A stretch of DNA of 64,000 nucleotides, from NCBI GenBank assembly GCA_043228905.1, contig JBHGNT010000009.1, positions 18,724,001 through 18,788,000 of the forward strand, given 5' to 3'. Under the pieces are notes generated by a model. It searched no databases. It saw nothing but the letters and a program-made list of their open reading frames with translations, and was not told the DNA's origin. Below are positions 48,810 through 58,997 of the stretch, piece by piece; the first letter of the stretch is position 1, and every line of letters begins with the position of its first letter. A program made the position numbers and the translations under genes. This DNA comes from Azolla caroliniana (lineage: Eukaryota; Plantae; Polypodiophyta).

Positions 48810-51010
48810 CTAAAAATCTGAGGATTCGCCTCCGAAACTATCTCGATTCCTTTCATGATTGGCTCGCACCGTTAGGAATTGGACCGATCTTTGGTTGTCA
48901 AGACTCTTTATTCGTGCGAAGGCTGCTCCATTATCGAACACTTTGGTCTCCACCCGAGATGATGTGATATAAGCTTTCCCTAGGATGACAGGATACGATG
49001 CCGATTCTTGTACGAAGAAGTGTTGATCCATCTCCACATCCCCGATCGTGACTTTGATATTGGGACAAGCTCCGTACAAGTCCTCTGTAGACTTTGTTGC
49101 CGCGCGAATCTTCCATCCGTGGTTTGTATTGATTGGCCATCTTCCTTTTTTGTAGAAGTCGGTTGACATGAGGTTGATCTCCGAGCCGTGGTCGATCAAG
49201 GCTACCACGGTCTCTTTCTTCTCCCCGATCTTCACTGGCGTCTCCGTTGTCGCTCGTGCCCAATGAGGTCGAGTATAGTGGCTGTCCACCATATCTTCAT
49301 CGACTTCGTCTCTTGCCATCGTTATGGCATTCATTTTTGCTTTTTGCGGCTTCTCTTCTTCCTCGTCCGATTGTTGTCTCTTTCTCTTTACAAGGTCCAC
49401 GATCGTGTCATGGAACTCCTTCTTCGTAATGCCAAGCAATTCCCTCAAGGACAAAGTTACGTGGCTATCAAGAACTCGTTCTTCGAGAATCTTCTTTAGG
49501 TCCGTCGTCTGCTCTATGTCCGACCTTAGCTTATAGGTAGGTATAGTCCTTGTCCTCCGAGCGGGGTCTTCGACACCAACCTTCACGGGCTGAACCGTTT
49601 CTTCAACTCGTATGCTCGACTCCCCTTTTCGTCTTGATTCTCGTTCCTCCGTTTGTAAAGGTCGACTCGTCTCCGCATCGTCCTTCTTTTTCGCATTCCT
49701 TGTTTCATGTCTTTTTGATGGGCCTTGCTCTTCTATTCTCTTTCTCTTTTCTTCGACGAACACCTCGTGGTTGTCGCACATCACCTCTGCGAGTATGGTG
49801 TTATCGTCCACCGGATCCGGCCACCCAGTTATGCTTTGCACGCTTCGGTCCGCAAGCTCTACCTCGTTCGATGTGACTTTTCCCTTCTTCTCATATTCGA
49901 GAACAAAAGTCCAAAACTTTGCTCCCGCTCTAGCAGCTTCAGTCTTGCCTTTCCCGACTCTTATTCCGGCCGACGCAACATAGTGCATCGCATCCACATG
50001 AGTCGCATCGGCATCCTCCATAGATTTCTTCATTCCTCCTCTTCCGAAATTCACCTGTAGGGGTCTTCTAGTCTCGCTTGAGCAGATCATGTTTTCCTCT
50101 ATGTATATGATATTTTGTCGAATCGCCTCTCAAAGGCTCGCACAATCCCTTCTCATGTGGTCCATGCTATCGCACCACACGCATCTAAAGGGTTCTTTTC
50201 CTTTAGGGCCCCAACGATTCATGTTGGCTAGCGTGACCTTCTCGAACTTCTTCGCTAGCTCTTCAATGATGTCATCATCAATCTTCTTTTCTTCCACGTT
50301 ACTTTGTCTTGGCGGCTCAGCTACTTTCAGCGGTCTTGCTTTCTTCGTGGTAGTCGATCCCGTCAAGTCGGTGTCATCAACCCATTGGCGACGCTTGTCG
50401 AGCCTATTGCATGCCCGCTTCACCGCGATCCAGTCCGCTACGAGCCCATTGGCTTGGGTATCATCTTCGAGAAGAGTCCCCAACTCCCATCTATCCTTTA
50501 TGTCCACGGCCTTCAAGAAGTACAAAGTCTTGTCATCTTCAAGCAACACTTGGTCTGTATTGGGGAGACGACTAAACATTTGGTTGACTTCGTCGTACAC
50601 CCTCGAGACGCTCATCTTCTTATTCTTCTTCTCTATCCACTTCATCAGGGCATGTTGAGTCATCCTCGTTGAGTCTTCAGTCACGAACTCCGCTAGTATC
50701 GTTTTCTCGAACTCGGACCATGTTGTCTTACCTTCTTGAAGCTCGATGACACGTCTTTGGATGTTGTTGGCGACAACTCTCTTGAAGCTTACGATTTGAC
50801 GTGCCTCGGACACGTCCCTCTGATTCATCTCCCTTCTATATGCATCAAGGAACTTCGTAACATTTCCTTTCATCGAATTGTCCCTCGAGCTCTACGACAC
50901 GATCGACAGCCTTCTCCACGCTCGCGTCGTTGTCCCAAGATCTCATCATTTGCTCGACGATTAGCATCATCCTTTCGAGCTCTCCCGCTTGGTTGCTTGA
51001 GGACACCATC
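48810..51010 (-). pseudogene. Gypsy C gag-protease (CCHC knuckle, DUF4100-like segment, aspartic protease)
   Basis: Motifs CVWCDSMDHMRRDC, YKLRSDIE...VLDSHVTLSLRELLG, ALIDHGSEINLM and VILG; ends SSDF* before RT. Confidence 0.85.
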
Positions 51011-52771
51011 TCCAAGTATTAATCTCGACTTGATCCTACCGCCTCTTTCACGTCGGGTTCACCACTTAATTATGTCGTGAAGATCCGTCACTACGCGCGG
51101 ATCGTGAGGCGGAACCGCCGGGGTTCTGGACCGGAAGGATTCAAAGTCGGTACAAGCTTTGGCGCAAGCTTTATAGTACTTAAGATAGATTGGGAAAGAG
51201 AGAAGTTGAGATTAAACGATTGAGAGCGATTGATTGAACTTTTATCTTTGGATTTAAGAAACAAGTTACACGATCAATTTGATAACAAATTTCTTCTTCT
51301 TAATTTCATAACCAAAAAAAACGTGTTTTTTCTCCTCCCCCTTCCTTCTTTTATAGATGCTCTCATGCATATGACGCATGTGAGGGTACAAGACATGCAT
51401 AAAATGCACGTTTGCCATTTGGCGCTCATGTATTACATGTGGTGCATGATAACCATGTCACACATTTTAGCTCTCATGTATGAGAATTTACATGTAAAAG
51501 TACAATGATAGAAATATAAATTCAACTAAATGGCATGGCTTAATGGTAAGCCAATTGACTCCTAACTCGGAGGTGCAAGGTTCAAATCGAATCCTTACTT
51601 GCCTTCCTTGTATATATATATATATATATGTTTATATATTTATATATTTATTTATCTAGTCACCGAACGTCGGTTCGTCGGTTACCGGTGCCTCGCCGGA
51701 TGCCGTCGCCGGATTCCAGTGTCTCACTGGCGCCGGATCACCGACTCCATCGTTGGTCCGGTTTTGGTTGGCCAAAACCCTTTACGAGTAGCTAGCCCAC
51801 CTCCACTCTTAGTTCAAGTTACCTTGAACTCTCTATGCTCCACACATAGACACAAAGATAATATCTTTTGCTCTACCTTATATATGATGAGAGCCGTATT
51901 TGTCGTGCCTATGTGGGATATCTCACAATTTTCTCTTTTCCTTTCACAAACTTTATACCCTCATATCTTGACATTTAGTTGTCTGTTTCTCGTGTAATAA
52001 AGTGCATTCGAAACCTCCATCATTTTGTACTTAGACATTAAATTTATTTAAAATGTTATCTTCACAATTATTGTATTATGTGATTCATACTCGATTTTGT
52101 ACGTTTTATGGGATTTTCACACTATTGCCGAAAATCTTCATGACAACGGTACATGCGGTACCGTGAAGATCACCATCGGTTCTACAATCGTCGGGTCTAC
52201 GCACCCAATCTCGTCCGGCGAGAATGCGAAGGCTTTCCCGTGCCTTCCGAGCATTCTCCGAAACCGGTCCTCCTCCGCCAACAGTAGGAACCCACCCCCA
52301 CCAACATTGAGCTCCCGTAGCATTATGTCGGGGAATCGGTGTCCTATGCCGGCCGGATTCCGTAAACTTGAGTCTGACGCGACCCCCTTTATACGCTTCT
52401 CGCTGCCCTTCGGCAAGGGTGCCGCGACGGGCCTCACCTTCCGGTCCACAGTCTTGTACTTTGTACTCACGTAGGTCATCCGATCTGACATGATCCGTTC
52501 CCCGAAGTCCGCGATGACTTCGTACATTTCCACTGAGCCGATCGGAATTATCCGGTCTCCGCTAAGGCCCTCATCAACTACACCGCATAGCTCCCCCAAG
52601 GTGTCGTCAAACGAGACCGCCTCCACGGCGCCGCTAACTTCTTAATCGGGGTGGAGAGCCCCACATGACCTAAGCCGCTCCTCCACCTTCTTCTTCTCCC
52701 TGCTACTGATGCTAGTTAATGTACAACCTCCATTGTCGGAGAGCCAAAATTTTCTACCCATGGTACAGGTG

Positions 52772-52836
52772 TGGGGTTCCTTCGGCGCGTCCGGACTATC
52801 GTGGCCCCATGCCTTGATAGCCCTCTTTAAAAATCC
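52772..52836 (-). promoter_or_regulatory. Putative -1 ribosomal frameshift signal (G GAU UUU plus H-type pseudoknot); homolog at 48757-48819
   Basis: Slippery heptamer directly before the gag-PR stop; pol in the -1 frame; 8-bp stem plus UGGGG/CCCCA second stem conserved in B and C. Confidence 0.75.
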
Positions 52837-55800
52837 CTTCGGTTGTCGCCGCTGAGAGTCTCGCGGTTACTCTCATGATTCGGTCTTACGGTCAGAAATT
52901 GGATGGAGTGCCGTCCGTCTTGGCTCTTTACACGCGCGTACGCCGAACCGTTGTCGAGCATCTTTGTTTCCATGCGTGATGCTGTGATGTACAGCTCGCC
53001 GAGTATCACTGGGTGTGAAGATGTCTCTTGCACAAAGAAGTGTTGATCTATCTCGATGTCGCCGATCTTCACGCGCACGTTCGGGCACGCCCCGGGCAGC
53101 TCCTCCGTAGCGCGGGTCGCCGCGCGTATCTTCCAGCCGTGTTTGGTGTTGATCGGCCATTTCCCCTTTTTGTAAAAGTCCATGGACATTAGATTGATCT
53201 CAAATCCGTGGTCTATTAGCGCCACTATCGGTTCTTGCACATCTCCGACCTGGACAAGGGTCTCGGAAGTGGCTCTGGCCCAGTGTAGCTTTGAAAAATA
53301 GCTTTCCGCCAACTCATCTTCCAAGGCGGCATCCTCTAGGTGCGTAGTCCGCACCTCTACGGGCTTCTCCGGTTCCGGTTCTGAGGAGAGCCATTTGCGC
53401 TTCACCAGGTCCACAATGGAGTCGTGGAACTCCGTCTTTTCGATCCCAACCACCTCCCTCAATGACAACTCCACCTTACTATCAAGGACCCGCTCTTCGA
53501 GGAGCTTCTGCAGGTCCATCGTTCTCTCCATCACAGTGCTCAGCCGGTACTCGGCTGGCTTGGCCTTGTCCGGTATGCTGGAATTGCCGGTGTCACTCTT
53601 TTTCGGGCCGAACCGGGTGTCGTACCGTTGCGAGGGACCGGCCCCTCCAGCCTTTCCCACGCGCTTGTCTTCCACCAGAAGCTCGTAGTTCTGGCATGCA
53701 GCTTCTACGAATCCAGACTTTTCTTCAATCAGGTCGTCCCACCCGATGACTTCCCGGATCCACTGCTCCGCGCAATCTGCTTCTTCCTTCTTCAACCGAA
53801 CTCCAGAGAGACCTTCCAGCACCAGTGGCCAAAACCCGAAGTGGCTTGCCTTCTGTCCTTCGTTGCCCCCGACCCGAATTCCTACCGACGCCGCATAATT
53901 CACGGCCTCAATGTGTCGCATGACGGCCTCTTCCATCAGCCTCTTCATTCCACCACGCCTGGTATTCACTTCCAGGGCTCTCCAAGTCTCGTTGGAGTGT
54001 ACTCGGCCACCCCAGAGGTACACCACGTTAGTTCTGAGAGCATCTGCGAAATCCGCGCAGTCTCTGCGGGCATGGCCGAATGCGTCACACCATATGCATC
54101 GCTGCCCTACCAGTGGCCTTCGGTCGCGAGACTGGTCGCCGTTGTCCCGTCGTGCCTGCGCGGTCTAGAGGTCGCGCACCATTTGTGTCAATTCTTCTAG
54201 CGCCGCTCCTCCGGAGGGACCTTTGACTACGCCGCTGGAGGCCAACCCCGTCCCAAGCCAATTTCCGGTCTCTTCCTTTCGCGCCAGCAAAGGCTCCTCG
54301 AACAGCCTTGCCAGGACGGGTCTCGTTGCCGACGACCCTTCATCACTCCATTCCCATCGTTTGTCAAAACGGCTGCAGACTCCTTTAACCACGGCCCAGT
54401 CCGTCATGAGCCCCTCATCGGTCTCCAACATGAGACCTACCTTTGCTCTGTCCAACTCGTCGACCGCTTTGACGAACAACAATACCCGGCTCGTATCAAG
54501 CACGGTCCGGTCCAGCGCCGACATCCGTGTGAACCGCGTTTCAAATTCCTGGAGGAGCGCCAGTGCGCTCCTCCCCTTTCCAGGGCTTTCAACCCATGCC
54601 ATGAAGTTCCACTTCGACAATCGAAGCGAGTCGTCGAACCCATACTTTTCGAGGAGCTGCTCCCCTAGAACCTCCCACGTCTGGCATCCGGCCAACACCT
54701 CGAGCACCTCTGCATGGATGCTCGGCGTTACCACTTGAGGGAATCCGGACAGCCGCCTGTCTTCAGGGATGTCTCTCATGATCATCTCGGCCCGGTAGGC
54801 CTCCAAATAACTAGTAGCATTCTTACCACCAAATCAGCCTATGGTGTTGACGATCAATTCTATGGCTCTGTCGAGGGTACTTGCTCCCTCACGAGCACTC
54901 ACTAGCCAGTCAACGGCTACTGCCATAGCTTCAACAAGCTCAGATCCCCTCATCTTCAACTCCTTTGCCGCCTCTTTCACGTCGGGTTCACCAATGAATG
55001 TCGCGTTGTTACGCGCGTGCGTGTAAAATGAGACGGGACCGCGGGGGCCCTAAACCAAGGAGCGTGAGAGAGGAGAGAGAGAGAGAGAGCGTTTGTTGAA
55101 CACAGTGAACAAGAGAGAGAGAGAGCATACAGAACAATTTGATTATAACACCAATAACGATTACAACCAGCACACCGGCAATGGACCCAACACGGGAGTC
55201 CACACACACACACACCGATGTCACACGCCAAGCATAGAAACGCGAAGGTAGAGCCTCTGATGGAAGCGCACGGGTTGTCCACGAAGCAGAGGCGACGATC
55301 TCTAAAACCCGCAGAGAATGACAACCGAAGGAGGAGAGGGAGAGCTTGATACATGGTCCGACAGCACTTCGTCCTTGCTAACGCATGATAACCTGTTCTT
55401 CCTCCTCTACTCCCTTATATAGGTCGTTGGGGAGAGACCCTTCTCCGTCAGTCACAGTCACATTACTTTATTCTCTGTCCCTTCGGACAGAGATTCGCAT
55501 CGATTTCCTAATAAATGTGTCATACATAGTATATTTACATCAGCCGACCTATTCATAATTATATACAAGTTTATATATTCACGCCCACACATGTAAGGGC
55601 CGGTTCGTACATGGTTCCCCTTGATTCCTCCTAGGGGCGGTTTTCTCCACGACAGCGGTATGAACGAGAACAGCGATGGCAAGAGGTGGCTAGAAGAACT
55701 GCGGCAATCAATATCAGTGATGAAGAGCAGTCTTCGAAGCAGGAGCTAAATGAAGTCGGATGTGGGGGAAGCCAACCAAACATAACTCTAGAGGAGTAGC

Positions 55801-57652
55801 CGAAGGATGGAAACCTGCACACCGGAAACCATCAACAGGAGGAGCCCGAACCCACAGAACCAGAACTAGAAGGCTCGAGACCAGTGGAACCGGAGAGACC
55901 AGAGTAGTAGGGGCCCTAACCAACAGAACCAGAACTAGAAGCCTCGAGATTAGTGGAACCGGAGAGACCAGAGCAACAGCAGACTACGGAGCAGCTACTC
56001 GATGAGCCTTTAGAACCCTTGGACCAGAGAATTCTAGACATTTTGGAGGAAGATTGAAGGGAGAACTGTGGGATTCGATGTACAAGGTACTGTCCCACGG
56101 GCGTGCCATGTGTTGACCGGCAAAGACTTAAAAGCTGGATAAAGTCCAAAATGGGAAAGGGTTAATCATTTTAGAACTATCTATAATTATTTTGAGAAGC
56201 GAATTAACGGACCTGGGATCGGTATGCCGATCCCGATCCGGACCGGTTTGTGGCTGGTTGCCAGTTGGCACCGGTTCGTACCCAGAGCTGGTGGACCCGG
56301 TTAGATTGTAATCAGTTAGCGGTTTATTAAGGAAAGTATTGTTGTTCTACATCTTCTTTAATCTTGGAGCTTAGTTAATTACCATTATGTGCCTAATATA
56401 ATCTATCTTACACGTGTATTACGATAACTAACCCCGCCGGTTAGTAGCCAGTTAGGAATACGTTTGTATCACGGTCTACGCCTACCCCCACTTGCACCAC
56501 CCCTTTGGTGAAGTGTCCTAGAGGGACACCCTATGTTAGGGCTAGTCTTGCCCCAAGGAATAACATAAGCCGATATATGAGTAATCCAGGAAGAGAACAC
56601 TAGGCAGCAGTGAAGTGGATACTAAGGTACTTGAAAGGCACCTCGAGGGTTTGCCTTAGGTATGGTGTCGGAAAACCTATGTTGGAAGGTTTTACCGATT
56701 CGGACATGTCGGACATGCCGATCCACGTCAGGGTACGTGATGACCTGTGCAGGGGGATCAGTGTCGTGGCAATCATGACTATAGAAGTCTGTAGCCTTGT
56801 CGACTACAGAGGTAGAGTATATGGCAGCGGTAGAGGCCGACAAAGAGCTGATCTGGATGAGAAAGTTTCTCAACGAGCTAGGGATGAAGCAGAGGGAGTT
56901 TTTGCTTCACTATGACATCCAGAGTGCCATACATCTAGCCAAGAATGCTGCTTACCACTCTCGAACCAAGCACATACAAAGGAGGTATCATTGGTTGCGG
57001 GAGAGAGTCGAAGAAGGAGAGTTTTCCCTGGTGAAGATCCATATTGACGAAAATGGATCCGACATGCTCACGAAGAACCTACTTATGGATAGACTTAGAA
57101 TCTGTCGACAGAAGACAGGATTGACTGACTCCCTCCCACAGGAGTGAAGGGGGAGTTTGTTGGGGATATGTCCCTCTAGTGGGAGGAACCGAATGTTTTG
57201 AAGTAGCCGACAATCGAAGAATCGAAAACAGAGAGTCGATTGTTTATTATTATAGCAATAATTATAATGATGATATGTGGCAGGGGCTACAATTGTAAAT
57301 GGGCTATATGATGTATCAACATATATACATCTAGGGCAAAATGGTGTAGACAATAGAAGTTGGGGTAGACAGTGTAAGCGTGAGAGAGACGTGAGGGAGA
57401 GAGAGAGAGCAAGCGGCACCATAGCTGTGTGTGCAACAGTAGACGCCAAGAGCCCTGCACGGCTGATACACTCGGAAGGAGTTTTGTAATCTTTCGATTG
57501 TACATCCATTGTATAGTGAAGTTCTGTTTACCCGTGGTTTTCTTCGGCTTTAGGGTTTCCACATAAAACTCTATGTACTCTGTCGTTGTGTACCTGTGTT
57601 GTGTATTTTCAGCATCGTTTGATCTTGTGATTTTACGAATCGATCTCTAACA

Positions 57653-58400
57653 CTTCATGACTCCGTTCCGGATGCTACTTGTGTAGCCTTCATCATCAAA
57701 CCGTTCGGCTTATATCAGGTTCAACCGAACCTCCGAAACGTGTCAGACATCCTTCAATATCAGTTTACACCCTATTGATGTCGTCAACCACACATCTCCT
57801 ATGCCGACTATTCGGCATGATCCTTCATTCCCCATCTTGACACAACCGTGGTCTTTGGCTCTATAGGATGAGAAGCACTTCCAGTCGGGGGATAGGTGAA
57901 ATGACGCTCCGGAGTCAACCACCCACGTTGTTTCGTTGTTGAGAAGGTTTAGCTCGTTGTCCTCAGTGATAAGTAGTAGTTCTTCTTCACTTGTGCCAAC
58001 TACCGACGTTCCTTTCCGATCCGAACTCCTCCGGTCCGGACCCTTCTTCGAGTCATCATTGTGTGTTCCTTTCTCCTTCCGAAAGTGTCGGCAATTCTTC
58101 TGGAAGTGCCCCGGCTTCCCACAATAGAAGCACGTAGGTCTCCCCCTTCACTTCGACCTCGTCCCCGACTTGTCCCGATTCTGGGGACTCTGATTCCGGT
58201 TTCTCCCTCGTTGTGCGTCGAATTTGGTAATCAAGGCTTTTGTGTCGGAGATCACATCTTTGTCTTTCCGATGCGCCTCGTCATCTTGCAAGCTCAACTT
58301 TACTCTTGTTAGGGATAGTTGTTTCCCTTCCGGCCCGACATTGCCCAAAGTGACACCTAGCATCTCCCAACTATCCGGGAGGGACCCGAGCAATAGCAAT
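57653..58400 (-). pseudogene. Tork-like Copia F, gag C-terminus and protease
   Basis: Motifs LLLGSLPDSWE, CFYCGKPGHFQKNC and WVVDSGASFH. Confidence 0.85.
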
Positions 58401-58997
58401 TATTACCCCGTACGAGATGTACGGAGAGTCAAGTGTGATGAGCGAGGGTCGAATGTTATCATGATGTTGTTGTGTATGTGTAGGGGGCATAAATGCAATT
58501 GTGAGTCTATACATATGTGAACACACGCACACGTGTGTGCATGTGGATGGATACCAGGAGGTGTGAGTGAGTGTCCAATATGAATGCTCGAGGGGGCTTA
58601 CACCCCTATGTATCTACCCCCTCTTGTACTATTTAACCCCTTATGGGGAATGAATGAATACAACAATAACCATATTTCTCTCTCTCTCTCTCTCTTTGAC
58701 ATCTTTCTCTCCCCCTTAGCGTTGAACCCCCTTGGGAGGGGGGTGGAGCCATTGTAGGCACCACCCCCCACCCCTCAATGCTTGTCTTGTTCTTCATGTT
58801 CTCTCTCACCGTCATACCATTCACCATCTCCATCATTCCACAATGCTTATCTCCATCATCACAACAATGGGCAATGCTTCTTGATGCACGTCATGATCTC
58901 TCACCATCATCATCACACATACATTATCAATCTACCATGATTGTTAACCATATTCCTATCTTTATCATTATCATCATTAACCCTAAAACCTATAACA
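58401..58997 (+). mobile_element. Solo-LTR-like segment of another family at the inversion breakpoint, flanks not matching
   Basis: tatta...taaca ends; TATA-like ctatttaa; CT-rich downstream; flanks gcaat and tcttc. Confidence 0.5.

Larger units (their letters stand above)
44207..52145 (-). mobile_element. Near-complete Trp-PBS Gypsy C (LTRs 44207-45283 and 51073-52145) nested in the RT of B
   Basis: Near-identical 1.07-kb LTRs; PBS 51047-51064; PPT next to 45283; the host reads VPHVP|WNL after removing the element plus 4 nt. Confidence 0.93.
35404..55654 (-). mobile_element. Trp-PBS Gypsy B (LTRs 35404-36055 and 54999-55654, TSD GCGG) hosting a LINE and Gypsy C
   Basis: Matching LTRs; PBS 54976-54993; gag 54165-54806; gag-PR 52827-54026 (ALIDHGFEINLM); RT/RH 42425-44200; INT 36129-37130. 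Confidence 0.92.
32746..56565 (-). mobile_element. Tat-like Gypsy remnant D (LTR 56111-56565, Arg PBS 56092-56108) nested in E; gag-pol and the other LTR deleted
   Basis: LTR and PBS as in remnant 2. The left junction is fused to E RT at FAPVVKMT, and the right flank resumes E at SRYMSNPG. Confidence 0.75.
18458..57652 (+). mobile_element. Tork/Tnt1-like Copia E (LTRs 18458-18937 and 57158-57652, TSD CTTCA), expanded to 39 kb by nested insertions
   Basis: Matching LTRs; CTTCA at 18453-18457 and 57653-57657; PBS tggtatcagagc at 18941; gag-PR-INT 18966-21130; linker and RT start 32329-32745; RNase H 56566-57147; PPT gaagggggag. Confidence 0.92.
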
